From positions 1-44,440 of the forward strand of contig JANNXQ010000183.1 in assembly GCA_031409655.1 (NCBI GenBank): 44,440 nucleotides of DNA. Direction: 5' to 3'. The notes under the pieces were generated by a model, which was given only the letters and a program-made list of their open reading frames with translations, did no database searches and had not been told where the DNA came from. Each line of letters starts with the position of its first letter. Position 1 is the stretch's first letter. This DNA comes from Chthoniobacteraceae bacterium (lineage in GTDB: Bacteria; Verrucomicrobiota; Verrucomicrobiia; Chthoniobacterales; Chthoniobacteraceae). Position numbers and translations under genes: made by a program. Positions 8,178-18,219 of this stretch are shown piece by piece.

Positions 8178-9686
8178 TTACAGGGCGGGGATTTCGTTCA
8201 GGGTGTAATAGGCGACCGGGTGTAACACTGGCTTGCCCGCGGCGGATTTCACGCCGTCGAGATGCAACTCGTGGATGTGGCCTTTGGTCAGTGGGTCGAT
8301 CGTGAGGCGCACGGACTTGCCATCCGGCGCGACGGTGGCCTTGGTGATCTTCGGCAGCACTTCGTCCACTTCGGGCCCGCCGTATTCCTCGCGGTAGGGG
8401 TAGGTAAAGGCGCGCATGGTGTAGCTCTGGACGTTGCCAGCGGTGGCGGGATCGACGGGCTCGGTGAAGGTCACTGCGAAGCCGTCGCTCTTGGCGTGCA
8501 TCTCGTGGATTTCGAAGGGCACCTTTCCGGTCCACTCCACGCGCTCGAAGCTGAAGGGCTTCCCACCTTTCGCGCCCCAGCCGCGGTCGCTGCCGCCGAG
8601 ATACACGCGTCCGGCTTCGTCCATGCGTCCGCCGATGGTGCCGCTCGTAAACCCCGCGCGGAACGGGATGACGACGCCTTGCTTGATGCCGTTGACGGTC
8701 TCGAGGAAGACGCGGCTGAGATTGCTGTGGCTCTGGTCGGCGATGAAGAGCTGCTTGGCGAAGGGGCCGAACTTACCGGCACTCGTGTCGCAGATGATGG
8801 CGCTCGAGGAGTTACCGATTTTCCCATGGACGAGATACACGGCGGGCGGGAGGAGTTCCTTGATGCGGGCGCGTTCCGTCACCATGCGGTCGGTGTCGCC
8901 GTCGGCATTGTTTTTGCCGTTCTTGGTTGCGCCTTGGAAAGCTTCGGGCACGGGGTCGATGGGGCGCGGACCCATGTTCGGCGCTTTGGCGTACCATTCA
9001 TTGCCGCCAGGATGACCCTGGAAGGAGCCTGGGACTAAGTGCTGTAACGTACACGAGCCATGCCATGGGCCTTGGTTGTCGGTGTAGTACACTTCGCCGT
9101 CCGCATCGAAGCCGATGCCGCCGGGCGAGCGGATGCCGCTGCAAGTCGGGACGGTGGTGCCATCGGGTTTCACCCGCAGCGACCAGCCGCGGAATTCCGT
9201 CTTGCTGCTGAAGGAACCGGTAAGACAGAGCACCAGCCACAGGTCACCCGCTTTGTCGAAGCGCGAGCTAAAGGTGTACTCGTGGTAGTCGCCGCTCACG
9301 CCCCAGCCATCGGACACCGTCTTAAATTCATCGGCGCGTCCGTCGCCGTCGGCGTCGGTGAGCTTCGCGACTTCGTAGCGGTTCGAGATGAAGAGCGAGC
9401 CATCCTTCCAGGCTAGGCCCATCACTTCATGCTGGCCGCTGGCGAAGAGTTGGTAGCGCACTTGCGCGGGATCGCCCTGTGCGCCGGTCACCGTCCAGAT
9501 TTCGCCGCGCCGCGTGCCGAGCGCGAGTTTGTTGCCGGGGAGGAGCTCGATGGAGCTGACTTCCATCGCGGTGGTCTCCGGCGTCGTGAAGGTGGTGATC
9601 TTGTAGTAGTCGGACTCCTGCGGGTCGGCGGCGCGAGTGAGCGCAGTGGTGACGAGGAGGCCGCAGAGGATGGAGAGGGCTTTCAT
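8178..9686 (-). CDS. Secreted beta-propeller protein (glucose/sorbosone dehydrogenase-like, PVC/Bacteroidota type)
   Basis: Signal peptide; DADGDGRAD, GDYHEY, GIRSPGG and YTDNQGPW motifs; C-terminal YREEYGGPE...AYYTLN. Confidence 0.75.
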   Translation of the reverse strand: MKALSILCGLLVTTALTRAADPQESDYYKITTFTTPETTAMEVSSIELLPGNKLALGTRRGEIWTVTGAQGDPAQVRYQLFASGQHEVMGLAWKDGSLFISNRYEVAKLTDADGDGRADEFKTVSDGWGVSGDYHEYTFSSRFDKAGDLWLVLCLTGSFSSKTEFRGWSLRVKPDGTTVPTCSGIRSPGGIGFDADGEVYYTDNQGPWHGSCTLQHLVPGSFQGHPGGNEWYAKAPNMGPRPIDPVPEAFQGATKNGKNNADGDTDRMVTERARIKELLPPAVYLVHGKIGNSSSAIICDTSAGKFGPFAKQLFIADQSHSNLSRVFLETVNGIKQGVVIPFRAGFTSGTIGGRMDEAGRVYLGGSDRGWGAKGGKPFSFERVEWTGKVPFEIHEMHAKSDGFAVTFTEPVDPATAGNVQSYTMRAFTYPYREEYGGPEVDEVLPKITKATVAPDGKSVRLTIDPLTKGHIHELHLDGVKSAAGKPVLHPVAYYTLNEIPAL

Positions 9687-9718
9687 GGGTTGGCGGAGAA
9701 AAGGTAGCGCGGCGGGTT

Positions 9719-11347
9719 TCAGTGCGCGTGGTGTGCGTGGCTGGTGGGCCAGGTGTAGGTAATCTTGATCTCCGCCCGCGCGGGGATGAGCAGGTTCTTC
9801 CCGGCGAGTTGCGCGCCATCGGCGACGATGCGGAAGGTGTTTTCAAAACCGCGGCCTTCGAGCGTGAGGGGGCCGTCGTTCACGAGGAAGCCACCGTCGG
9901 CGGGCTGGATATTCGCGCCACTTGCGGCGCGGAGGAAGGTGTTCGGCGGGATCGTGCCGGTGAGCTTGAGCGTGCGCACGAGCTGGCCGCCGTCCTTGAG
10001 CGCCTCGCCCTGCACGTCGATCCGCTCGGCCACTTTCACGCCGTTCCATTCATAGAAAAAGGTCGGGAAGCGCTGCGCATCGAGGGTGTAGCCTTTCCAC
10101 GCGAAGCCTTCGACCCGCTCCTTGTCTCCGAGCGTGGGCCACTCTTCGGAAGTCGAGGCGAGCACCGCGAGCGGAGCCGCGAGTTCGCTGGCGGGGCGGA
10201 AGACATCGAAGCCGAGCGGGGCCTGCGCGCCGCCGCCGCGACCGGTCCAGTGACGGCCCGCATCCATGAAAGCACCGCGCCAGACCAGCGCGAGATTCAT
10301 GTGGGCGGCGCTCCACGCGACGTTAAAGCCACCGGGATAACCGACCCCGAAGCCGCGCGTGCCGGCCCCGGCGATGAAATTCCGATAGATCACGGGCTCC
10401 TTGCCGACGGTGATCGGGATCGAAGGGATCTCCTCCTTCTTCTTCTTCTGCGTCGCCGTGCCGGCCTTGAAAGATGCGGGCACCCACTTCGAGAGCGGGG
10501 TCGCGCTGAAGCCGCCGCCTTCCCACGCCGCGAAGAGCTGCGCGTGGCTGGCCTGCTGGAAATACTCGAGCCGGAACTCGTGATTGCCCTTGGTGAGCTT
10601 CACCTTGCCCTCGTGGATCTTTCCAGCCGGATGGATGCCGTCGTGATCCACGACTTCCTTCCCGTCGATGAGGATGCGGCTCCCATCATCCGACGCCACC
10701 ATGAAGGTGTATTCCCCCTCCCGAGGGGCCGTGAGCTGGCCGGTGAAGACGATGCCGTATTGATTTTTGTAGTCGTCAAAATTCAGCTCCACGAGGCCGT
10801 CCGGGATTTCGCCGACGCGATGCGGTTTCAGCGCAGAGAAATCGGGGAGCTTCTGCCAGTCGCCGAGATAGACGGCAAAGTTCAACGACGTCAGCTTCGG
10901 CGCTGGCGCGGCGACGCGCATTTTCCCCTGCATGCTCAGGGCGTGGCCGGGGAACGTGCAGACGTAGGGATACACGCCGACTTTCTCCGGTGCTTTGAAG
11001 GTGAACTCGTCCGTCGCTTTCGGCTGCACCATCTTCGAGTGCGCGAACATCCGCGGATCGTCCGGCAGCCAGTCGCGCTTCAGCGCCTCCTCGGGCTTTT
11101 CGAGATTCTTTAGCGCCGCCGCGACCACATCCGTGCCGGCCTGGAAAAAGACGAGGTTGTGCGGCATGTCGTCCACGTTCTCGAGGATGATCTTCACCTC
11201 TGCGCCGGGCAGCACGGTGAACTCCGCGATGTCGTAGCGCATCTGCGCCTGGAGCGTCTTCATGCGGATGATCTGGGGTTCGGCGGCGAAGCTGGGCAGG
11301 GCCAGCAGCAGCAGGCTCAAAAGATGGAAGGTGCGGGTGCGGAGCAT
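9719..11347 (-). CDS. Secreted cupredoxin (azurin/auracyanin-like) plus PA14 domain protein
   Basis: Type-1 copper ligands MPHNLV and YVCTFPGHALSM; PA14 motif SDDGSRILIDG...DHDGIH; signal peptide from ATG 11347. Confidence 0.88.
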   Translation of the reverse strand: MLRTRTFHLLSLLLLALPSFAAEPQIIRMKTLQAQMRYDIAEFTVLPGAEVKIILENVDDMPHNLVFFQAGTDVVAAALKNLEKPEEALKRDWLPDDPRMFAHSKMVQPKATDEFTFKAPEKVGVYPYVCTFPGHALSMQGKMRVAAPAPKLTSLNFAVYLGDWQKLPDFSALKPHRVGEIPDGLVELNFDDYKNQYGIVFTGQLTAPREGEYTFMVASDDGSRILIDGKEVVDHDGIHPAGKIHEGKVKLTKGNHEFRLEYFQQASHAQLFAAWEGGGFSATPLSKWVPASFKAGTATQKKKKEEIPSIPITVGKEPVIYRNFIAGAGTRGFGVGYPGGFNVAWSAAHMNLALVWRGAFMDAGRHWTGRGGGAQAPLGFDVFRPASELAAPLAVLASTSEEWPTLGDKERVEGFAWKGYTLDAQRFPTFFYEWNGVKVAERIDVQGEALKDGGQLVRTLKLTGTIPPNTFLRAASGANIQPADGGFLVNDGPLTLEGRGFENTFRIVADGAQLAGKNLLIPARAEIKITYTWPTSHAHHAH

Positions 11348-11458
11348 GAGATGGGTGAAGTGGGCGGAACGAGTGATCTGATAAATGCGGGTGGAGGGAA
11401 TGTCGGAAGAATCCTCCGAAGTCACGCCCCGCGATGAACGGACGAGAGACTTGCGGAG

Positions 11459-12283
11459 TTATTTTTTCGCGGGTGGCGGCGTGCCCTCACTATCCGAGTC
11501 GGTGAGGTTCAGCGGACGCACCCAGATATTGCGGAAGCGTCCGGGATTGCCGTGATCCTGGAGACCGAGGTCCCCTTCCTGCGCTGGCGAATCAAACTCC
11601 CGCGCCCACTGCACCACGATTCCATTGTGGATGACCGTGAGCCGCGCCTTCTTCACCACCGCGCCGCTCGCGTCCTTGCGCTGGCGCTCGACGATGATGT
11701 CGTAGGTCTGCCACTGGCCCGGCTGGCGCGAGGCATTCACCAGCGGCGGATGTTTGCCATACAAGCCCGCCGCCTGCCCGTCGGGATACGTATCGTTTTC
11801 ATACGAGTCGAGCACCTGCACCTCCGGAAAGCCGCCGATAAAAACGCCGCTATTTCCCCGGCCCTGGCTGTTCCCCTTCACCTCCACCGGCGTCGCCCAC
11901 TCGAGGTGCCACTGGGTGTCGCCCGCGATCTTCTCGCGGGTGCGGATCGAGCCGCTCTTCGGTACGATTTCAAAGTAGCCGTTCTCCACTTTCCAGAGCG
12001 CCCTTTCGTCCGCGCCCGCCGCTTCGTTCTTGCGCCCATCGCGCTTCCACTTCGCGAGGTCGGTGCCATCGAAGAGCACGATGGCATCCGAAGGCGCGCG
12101 GCCTGCCGCCTCGGGCGTGCTGAAAGTTGGCGGCGTCATCACGCGCGGGCGCGGGCGGGCCATGTCGTGCGCTTTCCATGTGGCGCCGGGGGTGGTTTTC
12201 GAAGGCGTCGCGTCGGCAGCGTTTGCGGATGGGACCACGCAGCAGACGGAGAGGAGCGAAAAGAGGAGGACTTTGAGAGGCAT
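11459..12283 (-). CDS. Secreted DUF1080 (3-keto-disaccharide hydrolase-like) protein
   Basis: PSDAIVLFDG, HLEW, GRGNSGVF, EVQVLDS, WQTYDI, LQDHGN..FRNIW; signal peptide from ATG 12283. Confidence 0.9.
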   Translation of the reverse strand: MPLKVLLFSLLSVCCVVPSANAADATPSKTTPGATWKAHDMARPRPRVMTPPTFSTPEAAGRAPSDAIVLFDGTDLAKWKRDGRKNEAAGADERALWKVENGYFEIVPKSGSIRTREKIAGDTQWHLEWATPVEVKGNSQGRGNSGVFIGGFPEVQVLDSYENDTYPDGQAAGLYGKHPPLVNASRQPGQWQTYDIIVERQRKDASGAVVKKARLTVIHNGIVVQWAREFDSPAQEGDLGLQDHGNPGRFRNIWVRPLNLTDSDSEGTPPPAKK

Positions 12284-12459
12284 GGCTGGGATGGGTGGAA
12301 AATGGCGTTTGGGATCGGGACGCAGGGAAGACCGAAGCCCGTCGGTCTGATTAGGAACTTCCTCGTAACGAACGCCGCACGGGAGAAGTTGTCGCTCGGA
12401 CGTCGGATCGGCGCGCACACTTCCGCGCACGCTGGCGACTGCGCGTCCGGTTTCCCGAC

Positions 12460-12488
12460 TTGACGCCTCTTTTCCCGCCGACTAGTTT
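12460..12488 (+). promoter_or_regulatory. Sigma70-type promoter of the nusA operon
   Basis: TTGACG (12460-12465), 17-bp spacer, TAGTTT (12483-12488). Confidence 0.7.
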
Positions 12489-12515
12489 GCGGCCAATCAC
12501 CGGCACAACAAATCG

Positions 12516-12543
12516 AAGTGGGCCTACAAACCCACTTTTTTTT
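12516..12543 (+). terminator. Leader intrinsic terminator/attenuator upstream of nusA (rimP-leader-like)
   Basis: AAGTGGG-cctacaaa-CCCACTT hairpin running into an 8-T tract, between the promoter and the nusA ATG. Confidence 0.75.
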
Positions 12544-12564
12544 GTCCCCGGATCCATCCAATTT

Positions 12565-13824
12565 ATGAACAGCGAAATCCTTGCAGGGCTCGATTTTTTT
12601 GAGCGCGACAGGGGCATCAAAAGAGAGGTGCTCCTGGAGGCGATCAATACTGCGCTGCTCTCGGCCGCTCGCAAAGCGGTCGGGCCAGCGAAGGATTTGC
12701 GTGTCGAGATTGATCCCCGGTCGGGCGAGATCAAGGCGTTCGCGAAGCTCACGGTCGTGGAGAAAGTGACGAACAAGCACGACGAGATCCGTTTTGAGCT
12801 GGCGCAGAAATTTAAGAAGGATGTGGCGCTCGGTGACGAACTCGAGGTGCCGGTGACGCCGAAGGATTTCGGACGGATCGCTGCGCAGACCGCGAAGCAG
12901 GCGATGATGCAGCGCATCCGTCAGGCCGAAAAGGAGATGATCTACGAAGAGTTTAAGGATCGCGCCGGGGAGATCGTCAGCGGGACGGTGCGGCGTTTTG
13001 AGCGTTCGGATGTCGTCGTGGATCTCGGGAAATTTGAGGCCACCATGCCAAACCGCGAGCGCGTGCAGACGGAAGACTACAACGTCGGCGACCGACTCCG
13101 CGCGTATGTCGTGGCGGTGGAAAATGGCCCGCGTGGCCCGGAGATCATCATCTCGCGCAGTCACCCAAATTTCGTCCGGCGACTTTTCGAGACAGAGGTC
13201 GCGGAGATCGGTGACCGGACCGTGGAGATCAAGGGCATTGCCCGGGAAGCGGGTTTCCGCACGAAGATCGCCGTCTGGAGCGCGAACGAAAAGGTGGACC
13301 CGGTCGGCGCGTGCGTCGGGATGCGTGGTGCGCGGGTGAAAAACATCGTCCGCGAACTCAATAACGAGAAGGTCGATATCATCCGTTGGAGCGCGGACGT
13401 GAAGGAGTTTGTCCAGGAAGCGCTCAAGCCAGCGAAGATCAAGAGCATCACCCTCGACGACGCGAAGAAACACGTGCTCATCAAGGTGGATGAGGACCAG
13501 CTCTCGCTCGCGATCGGCAAGCGCGGACAGAACGCCCGGCTGACCTCGCGGCTCAGCGGTTGGGAGATCAACATCGAGAAGGACGAGAGTGCGGCCAAGG
13601 TCTTCGAGGCCAAGCTGCATCAAGCCGAGAAAGTCCTGTGTGATGCGCTAAAGATCGACGAGCCGACGGCCGCTGCGCTCGTGAAGGAAGGGCTCGCTGC
13701 GCTCGACACGATCGTCGATGTCGATCCGCAGGATATCGCCGATGCGATCGGTGTGGACCTCGCCAAGGCCACGGAGATCCACGAAGCCGCCAAAAGCGCC
13801 ATCGCCGCCAGCTCCACCCCGTAG
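12565..13824 (+). CDS. nusA: Transcription termination/antitermination factor NusA
   Basis: FGRIAAQTAKQ, S1 and KH domains, AREAGFRTKIAV, DPVGACVGMRG, LAIGKRGQNARL. Confidence 0.98.
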   Translation: MNSEILAGLDFFERDRGIKREVLLEAINTALLSAARKAVGPAKDLRVEIDPRSGEIKAFAKLTVVEKVTNKHDEIRFELAQKFKKDVALGDELEVPVTPKDFGRIAAQTAKQAMMQRIRQAEKEMIYEEFKDRAGEIVSGTVRRFERSDVVVDLGKFEATMPNRERVQTEDYNVGDRLRAYVVAVENGPRGPEIIISRSHPNFVRRLFETEVAEIGDRTVEIKGIAREAGFRTKIAVWSANEKVDPVGACVGMRGARVKNIVRELNNEKVDIIRWSADVKEFVQEALKPAKIKSITLDDAKKHVLIKVDEDQLSLAIGKRGQNARLTSRLSGWEINIEKDESAAKVFEAKLHQAEKVLCDALKIDEPTAAALVKEGLAALDTIVDVDPQDIADAIGVDLAKATEIHEAAKSAIAASSTP

Positions 13825-13857
13825 GAGCCATGAGATCGTCCTTTTTCCCATATTTTA

Positions 13858-16011
13858 ATGCCGACCAAATCATCTACCAAAGCGAGCGCCAAGAAGGCCG
13901 ACGACGCCAAGCCCAAAGCTGGGGCGAGGGGCGCGGCTGCGCCCAAGACTGCGAAGGCCGCATCCAAGACTGAGCCCGCGGTCGTGGCGGAAGCGCCCGC
14001 CCCTGCTAAACCTGTGGTGCGGGAGGCCGCTGTGGACTTGCTGGCGCCGAAGGAAAAGAAGGTGCGTCCGAAGCGCGCCGCTGGCGAGGGGGAGCGCCTG
14101 CACGTCCCGATCTCGAAATTTCTCGAAGCCAGCGCGCCGAAGCCACCACCCGCTCCGGAACCTGAGCCAGAGCCTGCGCCCACCGAAGCCGCCGCGCCGG
14201 TCGCACCCGGAGAGGGTGAGGAAAAGACGGATGAGAAGGTCATCCACCTGAAGCCGCCTTTTTCCGTCAAGGATCTTGCGGACGCGATGAAACTCAAATC
14301 GTTCAAGGTCATTAGCGATCTGATCGAGTTCAATATCTTCGCCAAGGCGGACAACGTCCTTGAGGCTGACATCGCGACGAAGATCTGCGCCAAGCATGGT
14401 TTCACTTTCGAAAAGGAAAAGCGCAAGGAAGGCGGCGGCGTCCACAAAGTCGTGGAAGTGGTCGCGCCTCCGCCAGTGCCTGAGGCCCCGAAGGTCGAGG
14501 AACTCCACCACCGCGCGCCGATCGTCACCTTCATGGGACACGTCGATCATGGAAAGACGACCCTCATGGATGCCATCCGCAAGACGCGCGTGGCGGCGGG
14601 CGAAGCGGGCGGCATCACCCAGCACATCGGTGCGTATTCGGTCACGGTGAAGAATCACAAGATTACCTTCCTCGACACGCCCGGCCATGCTGCCTTCACG
14701 GCGATGCGGGCGCGCGGCGCGAATGTCACGGATATCGTGGTGCTCGTGGTGGCGGCCGACGACGGGATCATGCCCCAGACGATCGAGGCGCTGAATCATG
14801 CGCGTTCGGCGAAGGTGAAAATCATCGTCGCGGTCACCAAGATGGACGCGCCGGGCGCGAACATCGACAAGGTGAAGGGACAGCTTCAGGAGAAGGGTCT
14901 GGTGCCGGAAGATTGGGGCGGAGATATCGGCGTTTGTCCCGTGGCAGCGATCAAGGGAACGGGCGTCAGCGACTTACTCGACCGCATTCAACTCGAGTCC
15001 GAGATGCTCGAGATCCGCGCCAGCACCGGAACGACGGCGCGAGGCACGGTCATCGAGGCGCAGGTGGAGCAAGGTCGTGGCCCCACGGCGACGGTCATCG
15101 TGAAGATGGGTGTGCTCAAAGCCGGTCAGCCTTTCATCTGTGGAAAATTCTCCGGCAAGGTGAAGTCGCTCATCGACGACCTGGGCAAGCCGATCAAGGA
15201 GGCTGGCCCCTCGACGCCCTGCAAGGTGCTCGGCTTCTCGGGCCTGCCCAATGCCGGCGACGAATTCGTGGTCATGGAAAACGAACGCGATGCCCAGCGC
15301 CTCAGTGCGGACCGCGTCGAACAGGAGCGCCTCGGGAAGCTGAACACTCCCCAGCGCGCCCGGCTCGAAGACCTCATGGATGCGATCGCGCAGGGCAACA
15401 AGCCCGTGCTCCACGTCATCCTGAAGAGCGACGTGCAAGGCTCGATCGAGGCGATCACCACCTCGCTCGGTCAGATCGAGAGCACCAAGATCGACCTCAA
15501 TATCGTTCACGGCGCCGTCGGCCCGATCAACGAAAACGACATCCTGCTCGCGACCGCGAGCAACTCCGTCGTCATCGGTTTCAATACGAAAGTCGAAGCC
15601 GTGGCCGCCTCCACTGCCCGGCGTGAGAACGTCCAGATCAAGCTCTACTCGATCATCTACGAACTCATCGATCAGGTGAAGGAAGCGATGGCCGGAATGC
15701 TCGAACCCGAGAATCGCGAAACCGTCATCGGTCATGCGCTCGTCAAGAAGGTCTTCGAACTTTCGCGCGGCCTTGTCGCCGGTTGCGAAGTCAAGGACGG
15801 GCGCATCGCCCGCACTGCCCGTGCCCGGGTGCTCCGCGGTCGGACGCCGATCTACGATGGCGGCCTCGCCACGCTGCGCCGCTTCACCGACGACGTGAAG
15901 GAAGTCCGCAGCGGACTCGAGTGCGGCATCAAGCTCGGTGACTTCAACGACTACGAAGCTGGGGACGTCATCCAGTGTTACATCCTGGATAAAGTCCCGC
16001 AGAAGCTCTGA
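13858..16011 (+). CDS. infB: Translation initiation factor IF-2
   Basis: [45 protein letters not shown]; follows nusA. Confidence 0.99.
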   Translation: MPTKSSTKASAKKADDAKPKAGARGAAAPKTAKAASKTEPAVVAEAPAPAKPVVREAAVDLLAPKEKKVRPKRAAGEGERLHVPISKFLEASAPKPPPAPEPEPEPAPTEAAAPVAPGEGEEKTDEKVIHLKPPFSVKDLADAMKLKSFKVISDLIEFNIFAKADNVLEADIATKICAKHGFTFEKEKRKEGGGVHKVVEVVAPPPVPEAPKVEELHHRAPIVTFMGHVDHGKTTLMDAIRKTRVAAGEAGGITQHIGAYSVTVKNHKITFLDTPGHAAFTAMRARGANVTDIVVLVVAADDGIMPQTIEALNHARSAKVKIIVAVTKMDAPGANIDKVKGQLQEKGLVPEDWGGDIGVCPVAAIKGTGVSDLLDRIQLESEMLEIRASTGTTARGTVIEAQVEQGRGPTATVIVKMGVLKAGQPFICGKFSGKVKSLIDDLGKPIKEAGPSTPCKVLGFSGLPNAGDEFVVMENERDAQRLSADRVEQERLGKLNTPQRARLEDLMDAIAQGNKPVLHVILKSDVQGSIEAITTSLGQIESTKIDLNIVHGAVGPINENDILLATASNSVVIGFNTKVEAVAASTARRENVQIKLYSIIYELIDQVKEAMAGMLEPENRETVIGHALVKKVFELSRGLVAGCEVKDGRIARTARARVLRGRTPIYDGGLATLRRFTDDVKEVRSGLECGIKLGDFNDYEAGDVIQCYILDKVPQKL

Positions 16012-16019
16012 GCGGAAGC

Positions 16020-16118
16020 AGTTGAGAGTTGAGGGTTGAGAGTTGAGAGCCCGGTGCTCGACTCCGGTCCCGACCTCGCCGAACGCGGCTCTCAACTCTC
16101 AACTATGAACTTTCAACT
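16020..16118. repeat. Heptamer-repeat inverted element, (GTTGAGA)n ... (TCTCAAC)n
   Basis: 32-bp arms at 16020-16051 and 16087-16118, each built of about four 7-mers, between infB and rbfA. Confidence 0.85.
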
Positions 16119-16127
16119 TTCCGCCCC

Positions 16128-16511
16128 ATGAAGCATCGCCTGGAACGCGTCAACGAGCTGATCAAGCGGGAGCTGAGCGAGCTCGTCGTGCGGCACTGCC
16201 GCTTCACTGCCCAGCTCGTCACCATCCAGCAGGTCGATATCACGCCGGATCTCAAACACGCGCACGTCTATGTCAGCGTGATCGGTTCGGTGGAGGATCA
16301 ACACGCGGCCCTCGCCACGCTCCACGGAGAACGGCCCGACTTGCAGCGGGCGCTCTCGAAACGGGTGGTGCTCAAGTTCACGCCGCAACTGCACTTCAAG
16401 CTCGATGCCGCCGCCGAGCGCGGGGATCGCGTGCTAAATATCCTCGATCAGCTCCATCTCCCAAAGGATGCGCCCGAGCCTTCCTCCCGACCAGTCGATG
16501 AAGACAAATAG
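16128..16511 (+). CDS. rbfA: Ribosome-binding factor A
   Basis: RLERVNELIKRELS, ITPDLKHAHVYVS, KFTPQLHFKLD; follows infB. Confidence 0.97.
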   Translation: MKHRLERVNELIKRELSELVVRHCRFTAQLVTIQQVDITPDLKHAHVYVSVIGSVEDQHAALATLHGERPDLQRALSKRVVLKFTPQLHFKLDAAAERGDRVLNILDQLHLPKDAPEPSSRPVDEDK

Positions 16512-17478
16512 TACCCTCGAGGAAATCGCCGAAGTCCTTCGCACCCGCGAACGCTTCGTCGTCATGAGCCACGTCCGCCCCGACGGCGACGCGCTCGGCT
16601 GCACCTTGGCGATGGCGCACTGCCTCCGCCAACTAGGCAAGGACGTGACGGCCTGGAATGAAGACGGCGTGCTGGAAAAATTTCACTACCTGCCTGGCCA
16701 CGAGATGGTGACCGTGCCGCCCGCGGAGCCGCAGGAGTTCGATGTCGCCATCGTCCTCGACACCAGCGTCCTCGACCGCGCCGGCCAATGCCTGCCCGCC
16801 GTGAAGCGTGCTGCCGTGTGGATCAACATCGATCACCACGTTACGAATCCGCGCTTCGGGGATTTGGTACACATCGACTCGACCGCGCCCGCGACTGGCC
16901 AGATCCTTTACGAACTTTTCCGCCAGGGCGACCTGCCGCTGACCTACGCGATGGCCGACAATCTCTTCGTCGCCATCAGCACCGACACCGGCTCCTTTCA
17001 ATATCCGAGCACGACGGCCCGCACCTACGAGATCGGTGCGGAACTGATCAAGGCTGGCGTGAATGTCGGCGAGCTTTCGCAGAAAATGTACGAGAGCTAC
17101 CCGCGCCGCCGGCTCGAACTGCTGCGCGCCTTGCTGAACACCCTGCGCTTCACTTCCGGCGACCGCACCGCGAGCGTCGCGCTCACGATGGCCACGGCCG
17201 CGCAACTCGGTGCTCTGCCTGAAGACAATGAGGGGCTCATCGACCACATCCGGGCGATCGACTGCGTGACGGTTGCGGCTTTTTTCGAGGAGCTGCCCGA
17301 AGGAAAAGTACGCGTGAGCCTGCGCTCGAAATCGCCCAAGGTCGATGTGAGCAAGGTCTGCGGCCACTTTAGTGGCGGTGGTCATACTCTCGCCGCCGGT
17401 GCGCGCATCAAAGGCACGCTGACTGAAGTGCAGGAAAAAGTTCTCACCGCCATCGACCATGAATTCGGACCAGCTTGA
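16498..17478 (+). CDS. nrnA: DHH-family bifunctional oligoribonuclease / PAP phosphatase
   Basis: HVRPDGDALG, IDHH, TDTGSF, SLRS and GGGHTLAAG motifs; usual rbfA-DHH-truB context. Confidence 0.92.
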   Translation: MKTNSTLEEIAEVLRTRERFVVMSHVRPDGDALGCTLAMAHCLRQLGKDVTAWNEDGVLEKFHYLPGHEMVTVPPAEPQEFDVAIVLDTSVLDRAGQCLPAVKRAAVWINIDHHVTNPRFGDLVHIDSTAPATGQILYELFRQGDLPLTYAMADNLFVAISTDTGSFQYPSTTARTYEIGAELIKAGVNVGELSQKMYESYPRRRLELLRALLNTLRFTSGDRTASVALTMATAAQLGALPEDNEGLIDHIRAIDCVTVAAFFEELPEGKVRVSLRSKSPKVDVSKVCGHFSGGGHTLAAGARIKGTLTEVQEKVLTAIDHEFGPA

Positions 17479-18178
17479 CGGTGTACTCCTGATCGATAAG
17501 GCCCCGCGCATGACGTCGCACGACGTCGTCGCTATCACGCGTCGGGCGCTCAATACCAAGAAGGTCGGGCACTGCGGCACGCTCGATCCGCTGGCCACCG
17601 GGCTGCTGATCATCGTCATCGGACGCGGCACGAAGATTCAGGATCTGCTCATGGCCGAGGACAAGGAATACGTCGGTACGATGAAACTCGGCGTGACCAC
17701 GGACAGTCAGGACGCCGATGGACAGGTGGTCGAAACGAAGCCAGTGCCCGAACTCGCGCGGGCGCAGATCGACGCGGCCTTCGCCAAGTTCCACGGCGAT
17801 TTCTACCAGATGCCGCCGATGGTCTCGGCGATCAAAAAGGAAGGCGTGCCGCTCTACAAACTCGCGCGCCAGGGCAAGACCGTGGAGCGCGAGCCGCGTT
17901 TCGTGCATGTCTATGCGCACGAAATCCAAGCGGTGCGCCTGCCCGCCATCGACTTCCGCGTCGTCTGCTCAAAGGGTTTCTACGTCCGCACCTACGCCTT
18001 CGACATCGGCAACGAACTCGGCTGCGGCGCGCACTTGCAATCCCTCCGCCGGACAAAGAGCGGGAAGTTCACGCTCGAGCACGCCGTGACCGTCGAAGAT
18101 TTGAAAACCAAACCCGCTGCGGAGATCGCCGCCAAGGTGCTCTCCCTGCCGACGATCTCGCGGATGCGAGGAGCCTGA
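17459..18178 (+). CDS. truB: tRNA pseudouridine(55) synthase (short form)
   Basis: KVGHCGTLDPLATG, QMPPMVSAIK, CSKGFYVR, LRRTKSG. Confidence 0.97.
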   Translation: MNSDQLDGVLLIDKAPRMTSHDVVAITRRALNTKKVGHCGTLDPLATGLLIIVIGRGTKIQDLLMAEDKEYVGTMKLGVTTDSQDADGQVVETKPVPELARAQIDAAFAKFHGDFYQMPPMVSAIKKEGVPLYKLARQGKTVEREPRFVHVYAHEIQAVRLPAIDFRVVCSKGFYVRTYAFDIGNELGCGAHLQSLRRTKSGKFTLEHAVTVEDLKTKPAAEIAAKVLSLPTISRMRGA

Positions 18179-18219
18179 GTTGATCGGGCTCTTTGGGGTC
18201 CGCCAGTGCATTTCCGTCG

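Noticed and set aside
7069..8535. N-terminal extensions of track ORFs (M42 peptidase, regulator at 6209, oxidoreductase at 27193, DUF1553 at 36040, YfiR at 42648)
   Set aside because: They overlap neighbouring genes or promoter regions; signal peptides or conserved N-termini point to later starts.
12366..12393. ECF-sigma-like AAC-N17-CGTT on the minus strand upstream of the DUF1080 gene
   Set aside because: Too short to distinguish from chance without a motif set or a mapped start site.
16020..16118. Possible CRISPR array
   Set aside because: These are 7-bp tandem units without unique spacers, and no cas genes are present.
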